From: Bacteroidales bacterium
GTDB lineage: Bacteria > Bacteroidota > Bacteroidia > Bacteroidales > JAIOZK01
NCBI GenBank assembly: GCA_021740625.1
Contig: JAIOZK010000002.1
Span: forward strand, 169,942 to 233,941
Direction of reading: 5' to 3'
DNA: 64,000 bases
Shown here: one piece after another, positions 19,045-27,903 of the stretch
How positions within the stretch are numbered: the first letter of the stretch is position 1
How the letters are laid out: each line of letters begins with the position of its first letter
The notes under the pieces: generated by a model
Databases searched by the model: none
Seen by the model: the letters and a program-made list of their open reading frames with translations, nothing else
Told to the model about the DNA's origin: nothing
Program-made: the position numbers and the translations under genes

Positions 19045-19812
19045 TTGTTTTTCTTCATCTCCAAAATACTATCCTATTTCCTCAATCCTTTCACATGGAT
19101 ATTAATCCTGTTTTTGGTTGCACTGATCCGTTTCAACAAGAGAATTGCCAGGAAGCTTTTCATATGGTCATTTGTATTGATGCTTGTTTTCTCTAACTCA
19201 TTTATCATTAGCAATTTTATGAATTGGTGGGAAGTGCCCTTCACCAGACTGGAATCTTTGAAAAAGAATTATGAAATAGGAATCGTACTGGGTGGTAATA
19301 TGCTCACATATGATGCAGAAAATGACCGGAAAACTTATCGCAATAATATCGACCGCCTGTTGCAATCGGTGGAATTGTATAAAGAAGGTAAGATAGAAAA
19401 GATCATGATTTCGGGAGGAGCGGGCAATATCATTTACCGGGATATGCTGGAATCTGTTTTTCTCAGGGATTTTTTGCTACAGATCGGCATCGACAGCAAT
19501 GATGTGATTATTGACTCTCTTTCAGATAATACACATCAGAATGCTTTGTATTCAGCAAGGATATTGAATGAAAAATATCCTGATCAGCGATATTTATTGA
19601 TTACTTCTGCTTTGCATATGCGAAGGGCAATAGGATGTTTTGAAAAAGCCGGCCTGCAGGTTGATCCGTACAGTACGAACAAATATGCCGTGTCGCGAGG
19701 CAATAACTTCGAATTCCTTTTCGTCCCCGATCCGATCAACTTTGTACTCTGGGATCTTTTTGTCCATGAAGTGCTGGGTTATGTGGTGTATGATGTGATG
19801 GGTTATCTTTAG
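19045..19812 (+). CDS. YdcF/ElyC-like protein (DUF218 family), membrane anchored
   Basis: 255 aa with a TTG start. It has N-terminal TM helices and then a region typical of DUF218 (IVLGG...SGG...TSALHMRRA). Confidence 0.7.
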   Translation: MFFFISKILSYFLNPFTWILILFLVALIRFNKRIARKLFIWSFVLMLVFSNSFIISNFMNWWEVPFTRLESLKKNYEIGIVLGGNMLTYDAENDRKTYRNNIDRLLQSVELYKEGKIEKIMISGGAGNIIYRDMLESVFLRDFLLQIGIDSNDVIIDSLSDNTHQNALYSARILNEKYPDQRYLLITSALHMRRAIGCFEKAGLQVDPYSTNKYAVSRGNNFEFLFVPDPINFVLWDLFVHEVLGYVVYDVMGYL

Positions 19813-20043
19813 TTATTGGCTGATACTTCATATGTTGGAAGTTAACTGATTGGTCATTCAATCGTCATTCGATGCTCGTTCAGTTGACAATTAGTAGTCA
19901 ATTACTTGCCAATCAGTTGTTATTCCTTGGTATTCTATGTTAGGAAATAAGCCTAAATGTATTTCTTTTATTTGAAACTTTGCAACTTCTCTAATAATTA
20001 ACATTCGTCCATTCGCGGCTATTATATTTCTTATTTTTGCCCC

Positions 20044-21291
20044 ATGCAACCCAATACACTTTTCACGATCATCATTGTCATTATTGTCGCAGACTACCTT
20101 TGGGAGCGAATACTTGATTATCTCAACAGTACCCGATGGAGTGATAAATTGCCTGATGAACTGAAGGGAATATACGATGAAGAAAAATACCGCAAATCCC
20201 AGCAATATGACAAAGAGAAACAGCGCTTTTCATTTATAACCGATACTTTCTCCTTTATATTGATCCTATTGATGCTTTTCCTGGGCGGATTTGCTTTTAT
20301 CGATCAGATTGTCAGAGATATTACAGAGAATCCTATATGGATGGCGATACTGTTTTTTGGCATCATTGGGCTGGCAGCGGATATCCTGGCATTGCCATTC
20401 AGCATTTACGGAACTTTTGTAATTGAACAGAAATACGGCTTCAACAAGACCACACCCAAAACCTTTGTATTTGATAAACTCAAAGGTTGGCTCCTGGGCG
20501 GGATCCTGGGAGGTGGTATCCTGGCCCTGATCGTATGGATTTACACTTCCACTGGTGAATGGTTCTGGCTGATCACCTGGATCGCACTGGGTGGTTTTAT
20601 GGTTTTTATGAGCATGTTCTATTCCAATTTGATCGTTCCCCTGTTTAATAAACAAACACCCCTGGAAGAGGGTGATCTGCGGAATGCCATTGAGGATTTT
20701 GCATCGAAAGTCGGTTTTAAGCTGAAGAACATATACGTGATGGATGGTTCGAAAAGATCAACCAAGGCAAATGCTTATTTTACCGGATTGGGTCCAAAAA
20801 AGCGCATCGTCCTTTTTGACACCCTGATCGATAAGCACAGCAATGATGAACTTGTGGCGGTGCTGGCCCATGAGATCGGACATTATAAACTGAAGCATAC
20901 CACCCTGGGCGTTCTTCTTTCGCTGGTACAAACCGGGATCATGTTGTACATATTATCCCTCTTTATCGGCAATCCGGTCTTGTCGCAGGCATTGGGTGCA
21001 GAGGAAGGTAGTTTCCATATGGGATTGCTGGCTTTCGGATTGCTTTACAGTCCGATCAGCCTGTTGCTGGGGTGGTTGATGAACATGGTTTCCAGGAAAA
21101 ACGAATATGCTGCCGATCATTTTGCTGGCAATAAATACAAAGCAGAAGCACTCATCATTGCCCTGAAGAAGTTATCTGTTGACAACCTCAGCAATCTTCG
21201 GCCCCATCCGCTTTATGTAGCATTTTACTATTCACATCCGCCACTGTTAAAAAGAATTGGAGCATTAAAAAGAATTGAGCAGGACACCTGA
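20044..21291 (+). CDS. M48 family zinc metalloprotease (Ste24/CAAX-protease-like)
   Basis: 415 aa and polytopic. It has the HEIGHYKLKH (HExxH) motif, a downstream NEYAADHF glutamate motif, and a Ste24-like N-terminal region. Confidence 0.85.
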   Translation: MQPNTLFTIIIVIIVADYLWERILDYLNSTRWSDKLPDELKGIYDEEKYRKSQQYDKEKQRFSFITDTFSFILILLMLFLGGFAFIDQIVRDITENPIWMAILFFGIIGLAADILALPFSIYGTFVIEQKYGFNKTTPKTFVFDKLKGWLLGGILGGGILALIVWIYTSTGEWFWLITWIALGGFMVFMSMFYSNLIVPLFNKQTPLEEGDLRNAIEDFASKVGFKLKNIYVMDGSKRSTKANAYFTGLGPKKRIVLFDTLIDKHSNDELVAVLAHEIGHYKLKHTTLGVLLSLVQTGIMLYILSLFIGNPVLSQALGAEEGSFHMGLLAFGLLYSPISLLLGWLMNMVSRKNEYAADHFAGNKYKAEALIIALKKLSVDNLSNLRPHPLYVAFYYSHPPLLKRIGALKRIEQDT

Positions 21292-21328
21292 TCAAGTATC
21301 CAGCATCAAGTATCCAGTACCCAGTATC
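21291..21328. repeat. Tandem direct repeat filling the convergent M48/rpoD intergenic gap
   Basis: ATCAAGTATCCAGC (21291-21304), then ATCAAGTATCCAGT (21305-21318), then the partial copy ACCCAGTATC. No hairpin terminator is visible between the two convergent stops (21291 and 21331). Confidence 0.8.
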
Positions 21329-21330
21329 TC

Positions 21331-22191
21331 TCAAAGATACACTTTCAGATTCCTGCAACGCCCGGTCGTCTTTAGCTTCCTGATTGCTTTTTCCTTGATT
21401 TGTCTTACTCTTTCTCTGGAAAGCCCGTATTTCTCACCGATTTCTTCAAGTGTCATGGGGTGATTTCCGTTCAGCCCGTAATTGCAGCGGATTACCTCGG
21501 CTTCGCGCGGAGCGAGTGTCGTGAGGGCTCTTTCGATTTCTAACCTGAGGGATTCGAGAAGAAGTTCGTCTTCTGGTTTTGGACCTTCTTCGGGTTGCAT
21601 AACATCGTACATGGTGCTGTCCTCTTCCTGGTTGATGGGAGCATCCATGCTCAGGTGACGTCCGTTGTTCTTGAGAGCGATCTTGACTTCATCATCTGTA
21701 ATGCCCAGTTCCCTGGCAATCTCCGCCACACTGGGTTCCCTTTCCAGTTTCTGTTCAAGTTTTGTATAAGTCTTATTGATCTTGTTAAGCGATCCGATCT
21801 TGTTCAGGGGAAGTCTCACAATTCTGGATTGCTCGGCCAGGGCCTGCAAAATCGATTGACGGATCCACCAAACAGCATAGGAAATGAACTTGAATCCCCG
21901 GGTTTCGTCAAAACGCTGGGCTGCTTTGATCAAACCCAGATTGCCCTCGTTGATCAGGTCGGGAAGGCTCAGTCCCTGGTTCTGGTATTGTTTGGAAACG
22001 GATACAACAAAACGCAGGTTGGATTTTGTTAGTTTTTCCAGTGCTTCCTGGTCTCCCAATTTGATGCGCTGGGCGAGGCTTACTTCTTCATCAGCACTGA
22101 TCAGCTCAACCTTTCCGATCTCTTGCAGGTACTTGTCTATGGATGCTGTTTCCCTGTTGGTGACTTGTTTCGTAATTTTTAGTTGCCTCAT
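21331..22191 (-). CDS. rpoD: Primary RNA polymerase sigma factor (short Bacteroidota SigA/RpoD type)
   Basis: 286 aa. Region 2 is [37 protein letters not shown]. Region 4 is [27 protein letters not shown]. Confidence 0.9.
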   Translation of the reverse strand: MRQLKITKQVTNRETASIDKYLQEIGKVELISADEEVSLAQRIKLGDQEALEKLTKSNLRFVVSVSKQYQNQGLSLPDLINEGNLGLIKAAQRFDETRGFKFISYAVWWIRQSILQALAEQSRIVRLPLNKIGSLNKINKTYTKLEQKLEREPSVAEIARELGITDDEVKIALKNNGRHLSMDAPINQEEDSTMYDVMQPEEGPKPEDELLLESLRLEIERALTTLAPREAEVIRCNYGLNGNHPMTLEEIGEKYGLSRERVRQIKEKAIRKLKTTGRCRNLKVYL

Positions 22192-22320
22192 GTGACTTCA
22201 GATGTCTTGTTTAGCTTACACGGATTCGATGGGAATTGTACGGATAATCACGTGAATGGTTTCAAGTGTTTTTGGAAAATGTTTTCAAATATTTTGGAAG
22301 CGAAATTTTTATAATTTTAC

Positions 22321-22348
22321 AAAAAAGCCCTGCCAATTTTGGCAGGGC
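22321..22348 (-). terminator. Rho-independent terminator downstream of pnp
   Basis: Stem GCCCTGCC (22327-22334) / GGCAGGGC (22341-22348) with a 6-nt loop. On the minus strand it is followed by TTTTTT (22321-22326). It lies 25 nt after the pnp stop. Confidence 0.7.
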
Positions 22349-22372
22349 TTTCAGTTGTATTAAAATGAACAT

Positions 22373-24508
22373 TTAATTCTTTTGTTCGGGTTTTTCCAGC
22401 AATACTTTTCTGGATAGTTTCAGTTTTCCGGTTTTCTGATCGATCCCGATCAGTTTAACCTCGACATTGTCGCCGACTTTCAGGTAATCTTCGGCATTTT
22501 TTACATGTTTCCAGGCAATTTCTGAAATATGTAGCAGGCCGTCTTTACCTGGCAGGATCTCGATGAAAGCTCCGAACGGAACGATGCTTTTTACCTTACC
22601 ATTGTATATTTCACCAACTTCCGGAACAGCCACGATGCCTTTGATCATTGCTTTGGCCCTATCGATGCTTTCTTTATTTTTTGAGAAAATATCAATCACA
22701 CCCACATCACCTTCTTCTTCGATAATGATGGTGGTATCGGTTTCTTTTTGAAGTTCCTGAATGGTCTTTCCACCGGGGCCGATGATGGCACCGATGAATT
22801 CTTTGTCCACGAACATCTTTTCGATCCTGGGAACCTGCGGTTTGTAATCTTCCCTGGGCTCGGTGATGGTTTTTGCCATTTCGCCGAGGATGTGCAGTCT
22901 TCCTTTTCTGGCTTGCTCCAGTGCTTCTTTCAGCACCTCGAAAGAAAGGCCGTCTACCTTGATATCCATCTGACAGGCAGTGATGCCGTCTTCGGTTCCT
23001 GTAACTTTGAAGTCCATATCACCCAGGTGATCTTCGTCACCGAGTATGTCGGATAGGATGGCATACTTTCCACTATCAGCATCTGATATCATTCCCATGG
23101 CGATGCCGGAAACGGGTTTTGTGATTTTAACGCCAGCATCCATCAGGGAGAGGGTCCCGCCACAAACAGTGGCCATGGACGAAGATCCGTTTGATTCAAG
23201 TATATCCGATACCACGCGAATGGTATAGGGATTTTCGGTCTCATCCGGGATGACATTTTTTAATGCGCGTAAGGCAAGGTTACCATGTCCTACTTCACGA
23301 CGGCTGGTTCCCCGCATCATTTTCGCCTCACCTGTTGAAAAAGGTGGGAAATTATAATGCAACATGAACGTGCTGGTTCCTTCGATCACGGCGCCGTCGA
23401 TGGTTTGTTCATCCAGCTTGGTGCCAAGTGTTGTGGTGACCAGCGACTGTGTTTCACCGCGGGTGAAAATGGCCGAACCATGTGCCGAAGGCAGGTAATC
23501 GATCTCGCACCAGATTTCCCGGATCTCATCCAGTTTTCTTCCGTCGAGCCTGACCTTTTCATCCAGGATCATGCTACGCACGGCTTTTTTGTGGATTTCA
23601 CCAAAATATTTATGTATGAGCTCTTCTTTTTCTTCAAGCTCCTCTTCGCTGAATTTTTCCTTGTATTCTTCCCTGATGTTCTTGAAAGTTTCGGAACGCT
23701 CGTGTTTGTTTTGGATGAAGGATTTTGCTACCTGGTATACCTTATCATAGGTTGCTTGGGTAATATCCTTTTTCAATTCCTCATCATCCTCCATTGCTTC
23801 GAACTCTCTTTTTTCTTTTACATTGGCCCTCTCGGCAAGTTCCAGTTGTGCCTGGCACTGAACTTTGATGGCTTCGTGTGCTTTTTCAATAGCTTGCAGC
23901 ATCACATCTTCCGATACTTCTTTCATTTCACCTTCCACCATCATGATGTTGTCCATGCTGGCAGCCACGATGAGGTCAAGGTCGGCCTCTTCCTGTTCTT
24001 CAATGCCCGGATTGATCTTAAATTCACCATTGATCCTTGCCACTCTCACTTCCGAAATAGGTCCGTTAAACGGAATATCTGATAAAGTAAGTGCTGTGCT
24101 GGCTGCCAGGGCTGCCAGGGCATCGGGTGCCGTATCTTTTTCTCCTGAGATGAGTGTGATCAAAACCTGTGTTTCGTTCATGTAATCATCCGGGAAAAGC
24201 GGACGTAGGGCTCGATCGACGAGCCTTGCAATGAGGATCTCATATTCTGATGGCCGGGCTTCTCTTTTGAAGAAACCACCCGGGAATTTCCCGGTTGCGG
24301 CGTATTTTTCTTTATAGTCTACGGACAAAGGAAAAAAGTCCTGTCCTTCCTTGGGTTCTTTGGCTGAAACGACTGTTGCGATGAGCATGGTATCGCCCAT
24401 TTTAACGACAACGGATCCGTCAGCTTGTTTGGCCAGGCGGCCGGTTTCAAGGGTTATAGTCCTTCCGTCTTCTAACTGGAAGGTTTTCGTAATTGCACTA
24501 ATTGACAT
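22373..24508 (-). CDS. pnp: Polyribonucleotide nucleotidyltransferase (PNPase)
   Basis: 711 aa. It has two RNase PH domains, a KH domain ([15 protein letters not shown]) and an S1 domain ([32 protein letters not shown]). Confidence 0.95.
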   Translation of the reverse strand: MSISAITKTFQLEDGRTITLETGRLAKQADGSVVVKMGDTMLIATVVSAKEPKEGQDFFPLSVDYKEKYAATGKFPGGFFKREARPSEYEILIARLVDRALRPLFPDDYMNETQVLITLISGEKDTAPDALAALAASTALTLSDIPFNGPISEVRVARINGEFKINPGIEEQEEADLDLIVAASMDNIMMVEGEMKEVSEDVMLQAIEKAHEAIKVQCQAQLELAERANVKEKREFEAMEDDEELKKDITQATYDKVYQVAKSFIQNKHERSETFKNIREEYKEKFSEEELEEKEELIHKYFGEIHKKAVRSMILDEKVRLDGRKLDEIREIWCEIDYLPSAHGSAIFTRGETQSLVTTTLGTKLDEQTIDGAVIEGTSTFMLHYNFPPFSTGEAKMMRGTSRREVGHGNLALRALKNVIPDETENPYTIRVVSDILESNGSSSMATVCGGTLSLMDAGVKITKPVSGIAMGMISDADSGKYAILSDILGDEDHLGDMDFKVTGTEDGITACQMDIKVDGLSFEVLKEALEQARKGRLHILGEMAKTITEPREDYKPQVPRIEKMFVDKEFIGAIIGPGGKTIQELQKETDTTIIIEEEGDVGVIDIFSKNKESIDRAKAMIKGIVAVPEVGEIYNGKVKSIVPFGAFIEILPGKDGLLHISEIAWKHVKNAEDYLKVGDNVEVKLIGIDQKTGKLKLSRKVLLEKPEQKN

Positions 24509-24553
24509 GTTTTAAAGTATTAAGTTAAATAGATGTAAGCGTGTAAAGTTAAC

Positions 24554-24586
24554 ACAAAAAAAGGCAATTGAATGAATTGCCTTTTG
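24554..24586 (-). terminator. Intercistronic hairpin / terminator-attenuator between rpsO and pnp
   Basis: On the minus strand the sequence reads CAAAAGGCAATT-CATTC-AATTGCCTTTT followed by TTTTGTG. The stem is 9-11 bp with a T-tract and sits 14 nt after the rpsO stop, 46 nt before the pnp ATG. Confidence 0.65.
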
Positions 24587-24599
24587 AAGAGTTTGATTT

Positions 24600-24869
24600 T
24601 TACTTCCTAATCTTCAGTTTGCTAATAATTTCTCTGTATCTTTCGATATCTTTTTCTTTCAGGTAGTCCAGCAATCTTCTTCTTTTACCAACCAAACGAA
24701 CCAGGGCACGGCGCGTGCTCAAATCTTTTTTGTTTTGTTTTAGATGCTCTGTAAGATGTTTGATACGAAATGTAAATAAAGCTACCTGTCCTTCGGTGGA
24801 ACCGGAATCAAATTCTGATTTTCCGTATTTCTTAAACAATTCTTTCTTAACTTCCTGGGTCAAATACAT
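24600..24869 (-). CDS. rpsO: 30S ribosomal protein S15
   Basis: 89 aa. The sequence MYLTQEVKKELFKKYG...GSTEGQVALFTFRIKHLTEHLKQNKKD is canonical S15. Confidence 0.95.
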   Translation of the reverse strand: MYLTQEVKKELFKKYGKSEFDSGSTEGQVALFTFRIKHLTEHLKQNKKDLSTRRALVRLVGKRRRLLDYLKEKDIERYREIISKLKIRK

Positions 24870-24900
24870 ATTCTTTTTCTTCTTCGTTTATTTTGGCCTG

Positions 24901-24908
24901 CAAAATTA
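24901..24908 (-). promoter_or_regulatory. Candidate -7 promoter box (TAnnTTTG) for rpsO
   Basis: The reverse complement of 24901-24908 is TAATTTTG, 32 nt upstream of the rpsO ATG. The upstream -33 element is only approximate. Confidence 0.35.
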
Positions 24909-25158
24909 CACTAATCTTTTAAATTATACAACTTATGGAGGTGGTAATTTTTTGTGGGGTGTTATTACTAAACCTGACAGATTTCACACACCTGTCAGGT
25001 TTGATAGCAATACTACAGTGAAAAAGGTTTGAAATAGCACAGAGAGACTTCTTCTCAATATTTACAATTATGCTCACATGCTTCATCAAATGATACAAAA
25101 TAGAAAAAATTGTAATTAAATGCTTCTGTCCTTTTAGGAAAGGAGTTCCAAACTGCCT

Positions 25159-25340
25159 GGAGATCCCTCCTCATCATTCTCACTATCGTTCGAATGAATC
25201 GTCGGGATGACAGACGCTTTTTATTAGGGGGGAGGGTTTGAGGGCGCGCGACGCGCGCCCTCAAACCCCATTTTTTTAACAAATCACGGTGTCATCCCGA
25301 GCGCCAGCGAGGGATCTCCTGGCGGTATGGCAGCCCTTTA
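25159..25340. repeat. Structured repeat, copy A (nested inverted repeats around a 35-nt perfect GC palindrome)
   Basis: The outer inverted repeat is GGAGATCCCTC (25159-25169) / GAGGGATCTCC (25309-25319). The inner one is TCGGGATGAC / GTCATCCCGA. The central palindrome GGGTTTGAGGGCGCGCG-A-CGCGCGCCCTCAAACCC spans 25234-25268. A 51-nt block (25160-25210) is identical to copy B. Confidence 0.85.
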
Positions 25341-25364
25341 GTAAAGATTATATATCTTTGAGCT

Positions 25365-25667
25365 ATGCCACGCAACCACGATTACTTTGTATACATTATG
25401 ACCAACAAATACAAAAGTGTATTGTATGTTGGTGTTACCAATTCATTGGGAAGAAGGATCCATGAACATGAAAATGGAATAATAAAAGGTTTTACGCAGA
25501 AGTATAATTGTCATTATCTGGTTTATTACGAACAATTTGATCATATTGCTCTGGCAATTCATAGAGAGAAACAGATCAAGGGGTACAGGAAGGAAAAGAA
25601 ATGGGCTCTCATTGCCAGCATGAATCCTGATTTTTCTTTTTTGAATGAAAAAGTTAGGAGATGGTGA
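25365..25667 (+). CDS. GIY-YIG nuclease family protein (UPF0213-like)
   Basis: 100 aa. It has the motif FVYIMTNKYKSVLYVGVTNSLGRRIHEH (GIY...YVG) and the conserved ...REKQIKGYRKEKK tail. Confidence 0.85.
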   Translation: MPRNHDYFVYIMTNKYKSVLYVGVTNSLGRRIHEHENGIIKGFTQKYNCHYLVYYEQFDHIALAIHREKQIKGYRKEKKWALIASMNPDFSFLNEKVRRW

Positions 25668-25702
25668 GGTTGAATATAAGCAAGGGGCTGCCAAACATCA
25701 AT

Positions 25703-25950
25703 GAGATCCCTCCTCATCATTCTCACTATCGTTCGAATGAATCGTCGGGATGATAGTCGCTTTTAGTAAGGAGAGGGTCTTGAGGGCGCGCGACGCGCGC
25801 CCTCAAGACCCCTCATTTTCTCAACAAAACGCGTTGTCATCCCGAGCGCCAGTGAGGGATCTCCTTGCGATATGAAACCCTATTGCAAAGCAATGGCCCC
25901 ATTTAATGTCATCCCGAAGTGAGGAATCCCCTGGCGATTTGGCAAGCCTT
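25703..25950. repeat. Structured repeat, copy B, plus a third partial right-arm copy
   Basis: 25703-25753 is identical to 25160-25210. The central palindrome GGGTCTTGAGGGCGCGCG-A-CGCGCGCCCTCAAGACCC spans 25775-25811. The right arm is GTCATCCCGAGCGCCAGTGAGGGATCTCC. An extra right-arm-like copy, GTCATCCCGAAGTGAGGAATCCCCTGGCGATTTGGCAAGCCTTTA, lies at about 25908-25950. Confidence 0.85.
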
Positions 25951-25970
25951 TAATAAGGTTCCAGCCCCCC

Positions 25971-27161
25971 TCAAAAACTCCACTTCAACCGCATATAAGC
26001 CAGCGTTCCATAATCCCCGAATTCGCTTCCTTTGTCTCCGGTAAATACTTGTGCTGTAAGCAGGAAGGATAGGTTGGGTTTCAATGAAATATCGACTGAT
26101 GGACCGATAAATCCGGATCTGTCATTGGGATTATAAATGCCCGAAACATCCGCATTGATCAAAGGCGTGATGGGGTAGGCGACCTGTGCGAAAAGGGAAT
26201 ATCTTGCCAGTGTCAACGTTTTCGGGGAAATGTCGAGGTTCATGGCAAACATGTTACCGCGGCCTGCTTTGCCCGTGGTGCCTTCGCTGTTGTATAAACC
26301 GCTGAGTTGGAAATACAAGCCGCTTCTGAAAGTATAATTTGCTCCGATGGAGGCCACCAATTGTCCCGTAGTATCAGAATAATTGTCGGCATCATGAAAA
26401 TAGGTGGCTTCACCATTAAAGCCGGCTTTTTCGATCTGCCCCGACCAGCCCAGGCCCAGCACATAATCATCCGTCATTTTGCCGCCCAGAAACTGGAAGT
26501 CATAATTCCATTTGTTGAATTTGTACATAGCGGCTGCCGTAATATTTTCATTATGATCAATTTTAAAAGCAGTTTGCAGAGAGGATGTCATTCCGGTATA
26601 GTATTGCAGATGCACTGCATCACAGCCCGGTCGTTCCACATAGTCAAAATTAAAGTAGTTAAATGTGTTGAAGATATCATTGGGATTCCATACCAGATTA
26701 ATCCCCCAATTGATGCGCTGCCGGCCAACAGTTGCTTCGAAGTTACCTGTGGTCCATCGACCGTAAAGCCTGTCGATATTTGAATATAAAGTATATGAAT
26801 TTCCACTCGACCAGGCTTCTGTTAAATCAAAATAACCCTCATCTTTCGAAACAAATTTACTGTAATCTTCCTGACCGGGAATCACTTTAGCCCAGTTGTT
26901 TACCGTTGTCACGATTTGACCATAATCCAGCAGGTTGCGGGCACCCAGGTGAAAAGTGAGGGACCTGGTCGGATACCAGCGAAAATCCAGACGATTGTAT
27001 ATGGTACTCATAGTTTGCCAGGCACTATCAACCTTACCTTGTACCCAGGCCATCTCCAGTGTTTCAAGGTGTCCGCTGACATCAAACTTTTTCTGTGCAT
27101 GTCCTGACAATAAAGTGGTAAAGAGCAATAGGAAAATAAATAAAAACTTGTAAATCCGCAT
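25971..27161 (-). CDS. Outer-membrane beta-barrel protein (porin-like), last gene of the ABC/LolA-like operon
   Basis: The signal peptide is MRIYKFLFIFLLLFTTLLSGHAQ. I prefer the ATG at 27159-27161 to the track's TTG at 27170. The sequence has an alternating aromatic/polar beta-strand pattern and ends YMRLKWSF with a terminal Phe. Confidence 0.6.
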   Translation of the reverse strand: MRIYKFLFIFLLLFTTLLSGHAQKKFDVSGHLETLEMAWVQGKVDSAWQTMSTIYNRLDFRWYPTRSLTFHLGARNLLDYGQIVTTVNNWAKVIPGQEDYSKFVSKDEGYFDLTEAWSSGNSYTLYSNIDRLYGRWTTGNFEATVGRQRINWGINLVWNPNDIFNTFNYFNFDYVERPGCDAVHLQYYTGMTSSLQTAFKIDHNENITAAAMYKFNKWNYDFQFLGGKMTDDYVLGLGWSGQIEKAGFNGEATYFHDADNYSDTTGQLVASIGANYTFRSGLYFQLSGLYNSEGTTGKAGRGNMFAMNLDISPKTLTLARYSLFAQVAYPITPLINADVSGIYNPNDRSGFIGPSVDISLKPNLSFLLTAQVFTGDKGSEFGDYGTLAYMRLKWSF

Positions 27162-27166
27162 TTCTA

Positions 27167-27859
27167 TCAATTATTTATTCCATTCTTATCGCTTGAAATT
27201 TTCCCGTCTTCAATGGTTACGATTCTCCTTGCCCTGTCCATCACCCGTTGATCGTGCGTGGAAAAGATGAATGTGATTTTCGACTCCTTGTTCATCTCTG
27301 CCATCATGTCGAGCAGGTCAGCGGTTGACTTGCTGTCGAGGTTGGCCGTGGGTTCGTCTGCCAAAATGAATTTGGGCTTTGATGCCAGTGCCCGGGCCAC
27401 GGAAACCCTTTGCTGTTGTCCACCCGAAAGATCTCCAGGGCGGTAATTGCCTTTATCGCCAATGCCGGTGCTTTTCAAAAGCTCCATCGCTCTTTTGTTG
27501 CGATCTTTCTTTGGGACTTTCTGCAGTTCCATGATAAAAGCCACATTCTCTTTTGCCGTTAAAACCGGTATAAGGTTGTAGGCCTGGAAAACAAAGCCGA
27601 TGTTCTGCAGCCTGAAATCGATCAGGTTCTTTGATTTCAGTTCGTGTATTTTTGTTCCGTTGATGATCACTTCCCCTTTCGTAGGTTGATCGAGTCCACC
27701 CAGCATGTTCAGGAAGGTCGTCTTACCCGAACCTGAGGGACCAACGATAGCTGTAAACTCACCTTCTTCAATTTTCAGATCGATCCCATTCACGGCATGA
27801 ACCGGAACACTGGTTTCATCATAAACCTTATGCAAATTCTTGACTTCAATGATTGCCAT
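27167..27859 (-). CDS. ABC transporter ATP-binding protein (MacB/LolD-like)
   Basis: 230 aa. Walker A is GPSGSGKTT, the signature is LSGGQQQRV, Walker B is ILADEPT, and the H-loop is THD. Confidence 0.9.
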   Translation of the reverse strand: MAIIEVKNLHKVYDETSVPVHAVNGIDLKIEEGEFTAIVGPSGSGKTTFLNMLGGLDQPTKGEVIINGTKIHELKSKNLIDFRLQNIGFVFQAYNLIPVLTAKENVAFIMELQKVPKKDRNKRAMELLKSTGIGDKGNYRPGDLSGGQQQRVSVARALASKPKFILADEPTANLDSKSTADLLDMMAEMNKESKITFIFSTHDQRVMDRARRIVTIEDGKISSDKNGINN

Positions 27860-27880
27860 TTTTATATTTTTTAATTTAAC

Positions 27881-27903
27881 TCAAAATTCAAAATTCAAAA
27901 CTC
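27881..27903. repeat. Heptamer microsatellite TCAAAAT-TCAAAAT-TCAAAAC-TC between the ABC ATPase and permease genes
   Basis: Read directly. It fills most of the 44-nt gap between the permease stop (27904) and the ATPase start (27859). Confidence 0.85.

Noticed and set aside
19891-20205. 104-aa minus-strand ORF partly in the 230-bp gap before the M48 gene.
   Set aside because: Its 5' half overlaps the well-supported M48 protease start, and no domain was recognised. Only the ~50 C-terminal codons lie in intergenic DNA, so I cannot support a gene. The gap also holds a 10-bp inverted repeat (19844-19853 / 19909-19918) that may simply be the YdcF-like gene's terminator region.
23357-24185. 241-aa and 106-aa plus-strand ORFs.
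   Set aside because: They are antisense to pnp, whose identity is unambiguous, and are low-complexity shadow frames.
24970-25002. Perfect 11-bp-stem hairpin AAACCTGACAG-N11-CTGTCAGGTTT upstream of the rpsO promoter region.
   Set aside because: I considered it as a terminator or riboswitch element. There is no U-tract on either strand, no adjacent gene end, and no recognisable riboswitch consensus. It stays unexplained and is too weak to call.
25188-25196. tRNA-like T-arm string GTTCGAATG inside the repeats (also present in copy B).
   Set aside because: The flanking sequence cannot form a cloverleaf (no acceptor stem or anticodon arm), so it is part of a small hairpin of the repeat. No tRNA gene was found anywhere in the window by eye.
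25055-25694. Minus-strand ORFs 25055..25282 (75 aa) and 25443..25694 (83 aa).
   Set aside because: The first is a read-through of the palindromic repeat (Arg-rich, low complexity). The second is antisense to the GIY-YIG gene. Neither has independent support.
25159-25950. Possible CRISPR array.
   Set aside because: There are only two full copies and one partial copy. The units are ~180 bp with internal nested palindromes, the 'spacer' is a protein gene, and there are no cas genes. It is not a CRISPR array.
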